From assembly GCA_026419545.1 (NCBI GenBank), contig JANZZE010000001.1:904-64903 (forward strand): 64,000 nucleotides of DNA, given 5' to 3'. This document shows, one piece after another, positions 8,047 through 16,685 of the stretch. A program made the translations under genes and the position numbers. This DNA is from Acidimicrobiales bacterium. Its GTDB lineage: Bacteria > Actinomycetota > Acidimicrobiia > Acidimicrobiales > Acidimicrobilacustridaceae. Position 1 is the stretch's first letter, and each line of letters starts with the position of its first letter. The notes under the pieces were generated by a model, which worked only from the letters and a program-made list of their open reading frames with translations, was not told where the DNA came from and did no database searches.

Positions 8047-10242
8047 ATGGCGAAGCGACTGGAGCAATTGGCTGGAATCCCCGTTGCTCACCTCAAAGGG
8101 GTCGGAGCCAAGACCCAGCGCGGGCTGGAGGTGATCGGCGTTCACACCGTGCTCGATCTGTTGACCTATTACCCGCGCCGCTATCTCGACCGGACCAAAG
8201 AGGCTCGGATCCGAGAACTACGACCGGGTGAAGAGGCAGTGGTCTTGGTCGAGGTTCAGAAAACCGTCGCCCGCCGGAGCCGCACGGGCAAGGTGTTGGT
8301 GACCGCAGAGGTCTCAGACGGCTCCTCGAGTTTGCGCCTGACGTTCTTCAACCAGCCGTGGCGGGAAAGGCAGCTCCGGAAAGGTATGTCGGCGTTGGTG
8401 TTCGGGAAGCTGGAGATTTTCCAGGGGTGGCGCCAGATGACCAACCCCGTCGTGGATCTCGTCGGCGACAAGACTCGCCGGATCATACCTGTGTATCCAC
8501 AGTCGGAGAAGGCCGGCATCATGACCTGGGACATCGCCAAGCTCATGGAGGAGGTGCTCGATCGGGTCGGCAGTTTCGCCGAGCCGGTGGATCCAGCAGT
8601 GCTGCGTCGTTTCGGTTTCGTGGATCGCACGACCGCTTTCTTCGACATCCACCGGCCCGAGTCGATGGCCGCGGTGCAGGAGGCACGCCGCCGGCTGGTG
8701 TTCGACGAACTGTTGCGAGTCCAACTCGAACTCGTGCGTCGGAAGCGGGAGTTGGAGCGCACGACCGTCGGCATTCGACACGATGCGATGGGGCTCCTAG
8801 GTGCCGAAGGACTGCCGGGCCGGGACTTCCTGGTGGGGCGGTTCCACGAGCGGCTGCCGTTTCCCCTGACCCGCGCCCAACACCGCGCCATCCGCGAAAT
8901 AGCGGCCGACATGGCCGGCCCCCATCCGATGCATCGCCTCCTACAGGGTGATGTAGGAGCGGGCAAGACCATCGTCGCAGTCACGGCGATGCTCGTCGCG
9001 GTCCAGAGCGGCCATCAGGCTGCGCTCATGGCCCCGACCGAGGTGCTAGCAGAGCAGCACTACCTGGGCATGAAAGACATGCTCACAGGGCTCACCGTGC
9101 CCGACACGGCTGATGGCACCCTGTTCGCGGACCAAGCCATCGAGCGGGAACTCAACGTTGCGCTTCTCACCAACCGGACCAGCGCTAGCGAGCGCAGGCG
9201 GCTCCTCATCGGGCTGGCCGACGGGTCAGTCGACCTGGTGATCGGCACCCATGCGCTGATCCAAGAAGGCATCGAGTTCCGGTCGTTGGGGTTGGTCGTC
9301 ATCGATGAGCAGCACCGGTTCGGGGTGGAGCAGCGTGCGGCTCTGCGCCAGAAAAGCGCGGGGGTGGCGGTCCCCGACGTGCTCGTCATGACCGCAACGC
9401 CGATTCCGCGGACAGCAGCGATGACCGTTTATGGAGACCTCGACGTGTCGGTGCTCGACGAACTCCCGCCAGGTCGCACGCCGATTGAGACCCGTTGGGT
9501 GCGAAGCGAAGCGGAGCAGCACGACATGTGGCGCCATGTGCGGTCGGAAATCTCGGCAGGCCGACAGGCCTATGTCGTCACCCCGCTCATCGAAGAATCA
9601 GACAGGCTGCAGGTCGCTTCGGCCGAGGAGACTTTCGCTCGTTTGACCGGTGACGGCGGGGAGTTGTGCGGGTTGAAGGTCGGGTTGCTCCACGGTCGTG
9701 TCAGCCCGGCGGAAAAGGAGCAGACGATGTCTCTGTTCCGTTCGGGCGCCCTTGATGTGCTCATCGCGACCACCGTGATCGAAGTGGGGGTCGACGTGCC
9801 CAACGCCACCGTGATGGTCATTCTGGATGCAGACCGATTCGGTATCGCGCAACTACATCAGTTGCGGGGCCGGGTGGGGAGAGGAGGGCATCGGTCGTAC
9901 TGTTATGTCGTCGCCGATCCTGCTGGCGATGACGGCGAACTTCGGGCGAGCGCGGTTGCGCGCCTTGAGGCAATGGTCAAGACGACTGACGGTTTCGAAT
10001 TGGCCGAGATCGATTTGGATCTGCGTGGCGAAGGCACGATCATGGGTGAGCGGCAGAAAGGCCGCAATGACCTAAAGCTGGCTTCGTTGCGACGCGACCG
10101 CGAGTGGGTAGCCAAAGCCCGCGAGGTGGCGTTCGAGATCCTCGATGCCGATCCGATGCTGGAACGTCACCCAATGCTCGCTGCGGAGATCGACGTGCTT
10201 CTCGGTGACGAGCAAGCTGCCGAATTCCTCCTCAAGTCATGA
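8047..10242 (+). CDS. recG: ATP-dependent DNA helicase RecG
   Basis: I start at the ATG giving MAKRLEQLAGIPVAHLKGVG...YPRRY. It has Walker A GDVGAGKT and a DEQH box (VIDEQHRFG). The upstream part of the ORF (7843-8046) covers the repeat locus and is probably non-coding. Confidence 0.92.
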   Translation: MAKRLEQLAGIPVAHLKGVGAKTQRGLEVIGVHTVLDLLTYYPRRYLDRTKEARIRELRPGEEAVVLVEVQKTVARRSRTGKVLVTAEVSDGSSSLRLTFFNQPWRERQLRKGMSALVFGKLEIFQGWRQMTNPVVDLVGDKTRRIIPVYPQSEKAGIMTWDIAKLMEEVLDRVGSFAEPVDPAVLRRFGFVDRTTAFFDIHRPESMAAVQEARRRLVFDELLRVQLELVRRKRELERTTVGIRHDAMGLLGAEGLPGRDFLVGRFHERLPFPLTRAQHRAIREIAADMAGPHPMHRLLQGDVGAGKTIVAVTAMLVAVQSGHQAALMAPTEVLAEQHYLGMKDMLTGLTVPDTADGTLFADQAIERELNVALLTNRTSASERRRLLIGLADGSVDLVIGTHALIQEGIEFRSLGLVVIDEQHRFGVEQRAALRQKSAGVAVPDVLVMTATPIPRTAAMTVYGDLDVSVLDELPPGRTPIETRWVRSEAEQHDMWRHVRSEISAGRQAYVVTPLIEESDRLQVASAEETFARLTGDGGELCGLKVGLLHGRVSPAEKEQTMSLFRSGALDVLIATTVIEVGVDVPNATVMVILDADRFGIAQLHQLRGRVGRGGHRSYCYVVADPAGDDGELRASAVARLEAMVKTTDGFELAEIDLDLRGEGTIMGERQKGRNDLKLASLRRDREWVAKAREVAFEILDADPMLERHPMLAAEIDVLLGDEQAAEFLLKS

Positions 10243-10339
10243 AGGCTGAATGGGCCGCAGGCCGAAGCTCGGGGCAGCGAGACTCGAGGGAAGGAGTTCG
10301 TCGTGCAGCCATGAACGCGGCACCGTTCGGGGGATCGCG

Positions 10340-10951
10340 GTGAGGGTCGTGGCGGGCTCGTGTCGCGGTCGACGGCTCGTTGCACCTGGCGGGCGAGGTA
10401 CGCGCCCGACGAGTGATCGAGTGCGCGAAGCCGTGTTCGCTGCCTTGGGATCGCTCGGCGCCGTCGAGGGGGCCCGAATCGTCGATCTGTTCGCCGGTAG
10501 CGGCGCGCTCGGCATTGAAGCCCTCTCTCGGGGGGCTAGCTCCTGCGTGTTCGTCGAGCGGGATCGCAAGGCGCTCGCCGCGATTCGTGTCAACCTCGAG
10601 GCGACGGGGCTTGCCGATCGGGCGACCGTCGTCGCCGGCGATGTGTTCTCCTACCTCGGATCGCTCGATCGGGAACCTCCGGCGACCGTTGGATGGGGAC
10701 CAGCCTTCGACCTCGCCCTCGTCGATCCGCCGTATGCGTTTGAAGGTTGGGACCGCCTGGTCGCGGAATTGCCGGCCGCGTTGGCCGTCTTCGAATCGGA
10801 TCGGGTGATCGAGCTACCGGGGAGCTGGCAGACTGTCCGCGAGCGGCGTTATGGCGGTACGGGAGTTTTGATCGCCAGGTCGTTTGCGGGTCAGGCTTCG
10901 CTCGACAAACCACCCGCCTCATCGGAGGCCTGGTCTGAGCAACCGGAGTGA
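10340..10951 (+). CDS. rsmD: 16S rRNA (guanine966-N2)-methyltransferase RsmD
   Basis: A GTG start gives VRVVAGSCRGRRL. It has the SAM motif DLFAGSGALGIEALSRGA and the DPPY motif, and sits in the usual position before coaD. Confidence 0.85.
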   Translation: MRVVAGSCRGRRLVAPGGRGTRPTSDRVREAVFAALGSLGAVEGARIVDLFAGSGALGIEALSRGASSCVFVERDRKALAAIRVNLEATGLADRATVVAGDVFSYLGSLDREPPATVGWGPAFDLALVDPPYAFEGWDRLVAELPAALAVFESDRVIELPGSWQTVRERRYGGTGVLIARSFAGQASLDKPPASSEAWSEQPE

Positions 10952-11433
10952 CTGTGACAACCGTCCTGTATCCGGGGTCGTTCGACCCGATACACAATGG
11001 GCATCTCGAGATCATCGAGACTGCGTCGCGCCTATTCGACACTGTCATCGTGGCGGCTATGCGCAATCCCCAGAAGGGCGAGCCGCTCTTCAGTCTGGAC
11101 GATCGTGAGGCGATGATCAGCGAGGCAGTGGCGCACCTCGACAACGTCAAGGTCACCATGTTCTCCAGTCTCGTGGTCCAGCTGGCCAAGGAGGTAGGTG
11201 CCGATTTCATCGTGAAGGGTCTGCGCGCCGTCTCCGACTTCGAGAATGAGCTCCAGATGGCCCAGATGAACCACAAGATTTCCGGCGTTGACACCGTGTT
11301 CTTGCCTTCGACATCGGGGAACTCGTTCCTTGCGTCAAAGCTCATCCGAGAAATCGCCCGCTTCGGCGGCGATGTCTCGACGATGGTCCCGCCGCCGGTC
11401 GCCAAGCGCCTCAGGGAGCGCTACGCCTCGTGA
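10948..11433 (+). CDS. coaD: Phosphopantetheine adenylyltransferase
   Basis: YPGSFDPIHNGHLEII (HxGH nucleotidyltransferase motif), 161 aa, with a 4-nt overlap with rsmD. Confidence 0.93.
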   Translation: MTVTTVLYPGSFDPIHNGHLEIIETASRLFDTVIVAAMRNPQKGEPLFSLDDREAMISEAVAHLDNVKVTMFSSLVVQLAKEVGADFIVKGLRAVSDFENELQMAQMNHKISGVDTVFLPSTSGNSFLASKLIREIARFGGDVSTMVPPPVAKRLRERYAS

Positions 11434-12059
11434 GTGACTTCGACGTCTTCGACGATTACGACGACGATCTGGCTCTGAGCCCGGCACCACCGCCGTACCA
11501 AGCGGGGGAGGCGGAACAGCTCCTGCTGCGTTTGCGCGAGATCGTGGTGAACGCACCCAACGTCCCCCTCTCGTCCACCCCTCGTATCTCACGTGAGGAG
11601 GTCCTCGATCTGCTCGACGAGGCGCTCGATCGGCTCCCTGAGGAGTTGCGCGCTGCTCGCTGGTTGCTCAAGGAGCGCGAGGAGTTCCTCGAGAAGGTTC
11701 GCCACGAAGGCGAGGAGATCATCGCGGTGGCCCGTGACCGAGCCGAGCGTATGGTGCAGCGCACCGAGGTGGTGAAGGCGGCAGAGCAGCGGGCCTATCA
11801 GATCCTCGACAATGCCGAAGCGGAGGCTCGGCGTCTCAAGCACGAGGTCGATGATTTCTGCGATCAGAAACTTGCCAGTTTCGAGATCGTGCTGGAACGG
11901 ACCATGAAGCTGGTGTCGGCGGGCCGGGCGAAGCTCCAGGGGACCGCGCTTGTGGTGTCGGCCCGCGAACAGGCCGCGACCGAGGCGGATCAAACACTTG
12001 ACTACGGTCACCTCCCCCCGCCTCCTGACTCTGAGGGCTATGACGTGGGCGGTTCGTGA
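11430..12059 (+). CDS. Coiled-coil DivIVA-domain-like protein (SepIVA-like by sequence pattern and position)
   Basis: 209 aa with an acidic N-terminus followed by VPLSSTPRISREEVLDLLDEALDRLPEEL and a long heptad-rich helix. It occupies the slot upstream of yceD-rnc-fpg-smc that holds a DivIVA-like septation protein in mycobacteria. The functional assignment is inferred. Confidence 0.55.
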   Translation: MSDFDVFDDYDDDLALSPAPPPYQAGEAEQLLLRLREIVVNAPNVPLSSTPRISREEVLDLLDEALDRLPEELRAARWLLKEREEFLEKVRHEGEEIIAVARDRAERMVQRTEVVKAAEQRAYQILDNAEAEARRLKHEVDDFCDQKLASFEIVLERTMKLVSAGRAKLQGTALVVSAREQAATEADQTLDYGHLPPPPDSEGYDVGGS

Positions 12060-12060
12060 C

Positions 12061-12615
12061 ATGGCGCCCGCTAATCCGTTGATCATCGGGGTCACCGAAC
12101 TCCTGGGTCACCCGGGTTGCCGGCGTGAGGTCCATTGCGACGCCGAGCTCGACGAACTCCGGGTTTCGCAATCGGTGGTCGATGCTGGCGCTCCGATCGC
12201 GGTCGACGTGGTGCTCGAAGCCATGGTCGGAGAAGCGATCTCGGTGCAGGGGACCGTGGCGGTCAACTGGATCGGTGAATGCCGACGATGCCTGGAGCTG
12301 GTGCAAGGTCGGCTCGTGGCGGAGGTGAATGAGATCTTCGAGGTCCACCCGACCGAGGGTGAGACGTATCCCATCGATGCAGAGCAGCTCGACCTGGAAC
12401 CGCTCGTGCGGGACGCGATCGTGCTCTCGCTGCCACTCTCCCCGCTGTGCCGCGCCGAATGTCTGGGGCCTGACCCCGAGAGCTACCCGGTGCGTACACA
12501 AGTCCAGGCGCAGACGGAGTCCGGTTCGGGCTCTGGGGAGCGGTCGCCAGATCCGCGGTGGTCCGCGCTGGACGCACTGAAGGCCCAACTCGCCGGCCCC
12601 GCAGCCGCGGACTAG
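12061..12615 (+). CDS. yceD: YceD/DUF177 family protein
   Basis: I start at the ATG giving MAPANPLIIGV. It has a CxxC element (ECRRCLE) and lies immediately upstream of rpmF, as is universal for this family. Confidence 0.8.
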   Translation: MAPANPLIIGVTELLGHPGCRREVHCDAELDELRVSQSVVDAGAPIAVDVVLEAMVGEAISVQGTVAVNWIGECRRCLELVQGRLVAEVNEIFEVHPTEGETYPIDAEQLDLEPLVRDAIVLSLPLSPLCRAECLGPDPESYPVRTQVQAQTESGSGSGERSPDPRWSALDALKAQLAGPAAAD

Positions 12616-12720
12616 GTGGCGCGCCGCCTCCGCGGCTAACCTTCGCTGTTCGCCCCGCCAACCCGGGTTCGGGCTGGCGGAGGGTCAGCGTAGTCGCCGA
12701 GATCGAAACGGGAGACCGTC

Positions 12721-12900
12721 GTGGCCGTCCCCAAGAAGAAGACCTCCAAGGCCAAGAGCCGAAGCCGACGGGCAAGTGCCTGGCGCCTCAAGGCCCCTGC
12801 CAGAAGCACCTGTCCTCGTTGTGGTGCGGTGAAACTGCCTCATGTCGTGTGCGGCAACTGCGGCTGGTATCACGGTCGCCAGGCGATCGACGTCGACTGA
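12721..12900 (+). CDS. rpmF: 50S ribosomal protein L32
   Basis: My own translation from the GTG at 12721 gives (M)AVPKKKTSKAKSRSRRASAWRLKAPARSTCPRCGAVKLPHVVCGNCGWYHGRQAIDVD, 59 aa. That is below the ORF-track length cutoff. Confidence 0.9.
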   Translation: MAVPKKKTSKAKSRSRRASAWRLKAPARSTCPRCGAVKLPHVVCGNCGWYHGRQAIDVD

Positions 12901-12920
12901 TCCGAACCCTCGGAACACCC

Positions 12921-13925
12921 GTGTCTCCTGAGCTGCTACCGATTGCCGTCGACGCGATGGGCGGTGATCGGGCCCCAGCCGAGATCGTAGCCGGGGCGCG
13001 TCAGGCTGCCGAAGAACACGGCTTGCCGATCGTCCTCGTCGGTCGGCCCGACGAGATCGGCGACACCGGCGGCCTGCCAGTCATAGAGGCGTCCGAGGTG
13101 ATCGCCATGGATGCCGACCCTGGTAAGAGTGTGCGGACGATGAAGGATTCGTCCTTGGTCCGGGCGGCTGAAGCCGTGCGGGATGGGAAGGCCTCGGCGA
13201 TGGTGAGCGCGGGCAACACCGGCGCCACGATGGCCAGCGCATTGCTCCGCATGGGTCGCATCAAGGGCGTCAGCCGTCCGGCAATCGCAACGCCGATCCC
13301 GGTGCCTGGGGCTGACCGACCGACGATCTTGCTCGATGCTGGAGCCAACGCTGAATGTCAGCCCGAATGGCTCGTCCAGTTCGCCCAGATGGGAGCGGTG
13401 TACGCAACCGATCGGTTTGGCATCGACGCCCCGAGAGTCGGTCTGCTGTCGATCGGTGAGGAACCGGCGAAGGGAACACCCCTGGTGAAGGAAACGCACG
13501 CCCTCCTCGCTGAGGGCAGCTGGGTCGGTTCGACAGGCGCGGTGTTCATCGGCAACGTCGAGGGCCGCGACATCATGACGCCGGCAGTCGACGTTGTCGT
13601 CACGGATGGGTTCACCGGCAACGTCGCCCTCAAGTCACTTGAAGGGGGCATGAAGGCGCTCATCGCCGCCTTGCTCAGTGCATTCGACTCCAGCGACGAA
13701 GCTCGGCAGGCCGCTGCGACCCTGCTGCCGACCCTTGAGCCGTTGTACCGCCAGCTGGATCCTGATAACACCGGCGGCGCCATGCTGCTCGGCGTCGACG
13801 GCGTGTGCATCATCAGCCATGGCTCGTCGTCGTCGAGAGCCATCATCAACGCTTGTCGGGTCGCGGCCGAGATGGTCGAGCATCACGTTGTCGATCACCT
13901 GCGGACAGCGATCGGCCCGAACTGA
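12921..13925 (+). CDS. plsX: Phosphate acyltransferase PlsX
   Basis: A GTG start gives VSPELLPIAVDAMGGDRAPAEIV. The full-length PlsX pattern is present. The upstream part of the 455-aa ORF overlaps rpmF in another frame and I reject it. Confidence 0.92.
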   Translation: MSPELLPIAVDAMGGDRAPAEIVAGARQAAEEHGLPIVLVGRPDEIGDTGGLPVIEASEVIAMDADPGKSVRTMKDSSLVRAAEAVRDGKASAMVSAGNTGATMASALLRMGRIKGVSRPAIATPIPVPGADRPTILLDAGANAECQPEWLVQFAQMGAVYATDRFGIDAPRVGLLSIGEEPAKGTPLVKETHALLAEGSWVGSTGAVFIGNVEGRDIMTPAVDVVVTDGFTGNVALKSLEGGMKALIAALLSAFDSSDEARQAAATLLPTLEPLYRQLDPDNTGGAMLLGVDGVCIISHGSSSSRAIINACRVAAEMVEHHVVDHLRTAIGPN

Positions 13926-14019
13926 CATCCCTGGTGCTCGGTGCGACGCCTGAGGCCGCTCAGGCGTGCATCGACACGCTTGGATCGGCCCGAACTGACA
14001 TCCCTGGTGCTCGGTGCGA
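13910..14019. repeat. Two-copy perfect 37-nt direct repeat, offset 73 bp (13910-13946 and 13983-14019); copy 1 contains the plsX stop codon
   Basis: gatcggcccgaactgacatccctggtgctcggtgcga occurs twice. The 36-nt spacer contains a 7-bp hairpin. Confidence 0.95.
13948..13965 (+). terminator. Short GC hairpin just after the plsX stop (gcctgag gccg ctcaggc)
   Basis: Perfect 7-bp stem with a 4-nt loop and no U-tract. It lies in the spacer of the repeat pair. Confidence 0.35.
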
Positions 14020-14073
14020 GGCGCTGGTTGACGCCTGCCGACGGCAAGACGGGATTCCTCCTAGGGGTTCGCT

Positions 14074-14098
14074 GCGCCAGAGGCCGGTGCCTCGGCGC
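14074..14098 (+). terminator. GC-rich hairpin downstream of plsX
   Basis: gcgcc(a)gaggc cggt gcctcggcgc forms a 10-bp stem with one bulge. There is no U-tract. Confidence 0.35.
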
Positions 14099-14514
14099 TC
14101 AGCCATGCCCTTGGGGCTTGGCTGCCGCACCTTGGGGTGAAGTCTGGTGATGTTGAGCGCGTAATGTGCCGGATGTCACGTTCTTTTCGGCGCTTGACCG
14201 GGCTTCGGGCTGGGCCCGGTGACGATCAAGACGACGAATTCGCAGGTCAAGGGTGTTTCACAAGCGCGCAAACCGGGGGCGCCGGTAAACTGGCAGTGAA
14301 CCTGTTCGGTCAAGCGGGTCACCCCTGGGAGTTCGCCGTTCGCTTTGGCGGGCGGTACTCACCAGTGGATCGTGTCCCGTTCGGCTGATCGAGGTGGAAA
14401 CGGCATGTTCCGTCATGTGACGGGGCAGAAGTCGTTTCGTCGCCTCTGGCTGTATCAGCATCTGGACCATCGCGAACTGGCCGTACGGAGTGGCGGCAGG
14501 CTGAGAGGAGCAAC

Positions 14515-14808
14515 GTGCCCGCAGAGACCCACGTCGAGCAGAGCCCCCTTGATCGTCAGCAGGTCTTCGATCTGATCCGGGACCGGCTCGCCGACATTCT
14601 CGAGATCGATCCGGGGTCGATCAACGAGGGCGATTCCTTCGCAGATGACCTTGAAGCGGACTCACTCGCGCTCATCGAGCTCGTCGAGGCGCTAGAGGAG
14701 GAACTCGGCGAGCGCTCGGTCGGATTCCGGATCGACGACGAGGATCTCAACGACCTCAAGACGGTGCGTGACGCGGTCGACTACGTCATGAGCAAACTCG
14801 GCGGCTGA
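14515..14808 (+). CDS. acpP: Acyl carrier protein
   Basis: The phosphopantetheine attachment motif DSL sits in DLEADSLALIELVEALEEE. The ORF is 97 aa with a GTG start. Confidence 0.88.
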   Translation: MPAETHVEQSPLDRQQVFDLIRDRLADILEIDPGSINEGDSFADDLEADSLALIELVEALEEELGERSVGFRIDDEDLNDLKTVRDAVDYVMSKLGG

Positions 14809-14830
14809 GAGGCCGTCGACGCGAGGTGGA

Positions 14831-15598
14831 GTGGCAGCGATGACCGTGACCGACCCTGCTCACTCCGCACACGCGCTCGACTTGCAGCAGCGACTGGGCT
14901 ACGCCTTCGAAGACGTCGAACTGCTGGCACTTGCCCTGACTCACCGGTCCTGGTGTGCTGAGCATGCTGGCTTCGACTCCAACGAGCGATTGGAGTTCCT
15001 GGGTGACGCCGTGCTCGGCATGGTCGTCACCGATCACGTGTATCGGGCATACCCCGAGATGTCCGAGGGCGAGTTGGCCAAGTTGCGGGCCGCGGTGGTC
15101 AACGCGGCCGTGTTGGCCGAGGTCGCGGTCGAGCTCGATCTTGGCTCGGCGCTCCGGCTGGGCAAGGGCGAGGATGCAAGTGGCGGCCGGAGCAAGCAAT
15201 CGATTCTTGCCGACGCGATGGAAGCAGTCATCGGAGCGCTCTATCTCGACGGCGGTTACCGGCCGGCCCGGAACTTCGTGCTCCGGCTTCTTGAAGAACG
15301 GATTGCCGAGGCGTCGAGCGGGCCGGGAGGCCAGGACTTCAAAACCCAGCTCCAGGAACTCTCGGCGCGACGATTCGAGCAGCTCCCCGAATACGTCACA
15401 CGGGACGAGGGTCCGGATCACCAAAAGCGGTTCTTCGCGACCGTCTCGGTGCGTGGCGAGGTGCTCGGGGAGGGTGAAGGTCGTTCCAAGAAACAAGCGG
15501 AGCAGGCTGCAGCGCACGCAGCGTGGCGACGCCTCGTCGATGATTTCCCCCACGAACGCAGTGGCCGAGCCGGGCGAGGGGAGTGCACCGATGCCTGA
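14831..15598 (+). CDS. rnc: Ribonuclease III
   Basis: RNase III signature ERLEFLGDAVLG, plus a C-terminal dsRBD with the (GEGEGRSKKQAEQAAA) motif. Confidence 0.93.
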   Translation: MAAMTVTDPAHSAHALDLQQRLGYAFEDVELLALALTHRSWCAEHAGFDSNERLEFLGDAVLGMVVTDHVYRAYPEMSEGELAKLRAAVVNAAVLAEVAVELDLGSALRLGKGEDASGGRSKQSILADAMEAVIGALYLDGGYRPARNFVLRLLEERIAEASSGPGGQDFKTQLQELSARRFEQLPEYVTRDEGPDHQKRFFATVSVRGEVLGEGEGRSKKQAEQAAAHAAWRRLVDDFPHERSGRAGRGECTDA

Positions 15599-16427
15599 GC
15601 TTCCCGAGGTTGAGACGATCCGGCGGGAGTTGGACCGTGACATCGTTGGCAAGCGGATCAAAACGGTTGAGGTGACCAACAACCGTTCGATCCGCCGTCA
15701 TGCATCGCGAAAGCAGTTCGCCTCGAAGTTGGTCGGGACCAAGGTCACCGGGGTCGAACGCAAGGGGAAGTACCTCTTGATCAGGTTGGATAGCGGAGAC
15801 GTGTTGGTTGCGCACCTCGGCATGAGCGGTCAGTTGCTCCGGGCCGCCAACAAGGATCCCGTAGAGAAACACACCCATGTCGTGATCGGTTTCACCCAGG
15901 GCGGCCAACTGCGCTTTGTCGACCCCCGCACGTTCGGCGAACTGTTTGTCACTGCTGCAGACGAGCTCACCAACGAAATTCCAGAACTCGCCGAACTCGG
16001 GATCGATCCGATTGGCGAGCCCATGTCCTGGGTCGATTTCGGCCGACTGCTGTTGACCCATAGGACAAAGCTCAAGTCGTTTCTGATGGACCAGAGGATC
16101 CTCGCTGGGATCGGGAACATTTACAGCGATGAGATCCTGTTCGCGGCCGGGCTGCGCTATGACCGCCAGACCGACTCGTTGTCGACCCAGGAGATCAGAC
16201 GTCTCTACCGGGCACTCGTCGAGACCTTGCACGACGCCATCAAGTACGGCGGTTCAACCTTGTCGGACGCGCAATACGTGGACACGTTCGGCCAAGCGGG
16301 TGAATACCAGGAACATCACAAGGTCTATGACCGGGAAAAGCAAGCGTGCCGACGGTGCCGCAGCCCGATCGTGAAGACCAAGTTCCAAGGCCGAACCACG
16401 TTCTACTGCCCCCAGTGTCAGGTCTGA
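15591..16427 (+). CDS. mutM: Formamidopyrimidine-DNA glycosylase
   Basis: N-terminus MPELPEVETIRR and a C-terminal zinc finger CRRCRSPI...FYCPQC. It overlaps the rnc stop by 8 nt. The rest of the 490-aa ORF upstream is an out-of-frame read-through of rnc. Confidence 0.92.
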   Translation: MPELPEVETIRRELDRDIVGKRIKTVEVTNNRSIRRHASRKQFASKLVGTKVTGVERKGKYLLIRLDSGDVLVAHLGMSGQLLRAANKDPVEKHTHVVIGFTQGGQLRFVDPRTFGELFVTAADELTNEIPELAELGIDPIGEPMSWVDFGRLLLTHRTKLKSFLMDQRILAGIGNIYSDEILFAAGLRYDRQTDSLSTQEIRRLYRALVETLHDAIKYGGSTLSDAQYVDTFGQAGEYQEHHKVYDREKQACRRCRSPIVKTKFQGRTTFYCPQCQV

Positions 16428-16685
16428 TCGCAGCGCTAGCAGTCCGGTCACGGCTGCTACGCCTGAAAGCCTTGCGTTTGGGAGGCTTCATCGAGAGCGA
16501 ACGCGTGAGCGACCCCGGCCTCGCGCATCACCTCGAATGAAGTCCAGTCGACAAGGCCACGAACGCGGTGGGGGTCATGCCTGAAGCCGGGCATGTCATC
16601 ATCATGTCGGTGTGAGGCGGGTGGGGCGTGATTGGCCGCGCGTAACGAACTTGCTGGTATTCGAGCGCCCAGAACGAGTCGTTGA

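Noticed and set aside
12558-12920. N-terminal extension of the plsX ORF (455 aa in the track).
   Set aside because: It overlaps rpmF, which has a clear L32 sequence in another frame. The PlsX homology begins at the GTG at 12921.
7851-14019. Repeat of ~37-38 nt plus spacer of ~33-36 nt has CRISPR-like dimensions (also at 37608-37718).
   Set aside because: Each locus has only two copies. The repeat sequence differs completely between loci. The window has no cas genes and no leader-like AT-rich flank. Two copies overlap coding termini. These are not CRISPR arrays.
14137-14388. 83-aa ORF and its neighbours in the plsX-acpP gap as real genes or FabD/FabH fragments.
   Set aside because: The sequences show no acyltransferase or ketosynthase motifs (no GHSLGE, no Cys-His-Asn pattern) and look like random high-GC frames.
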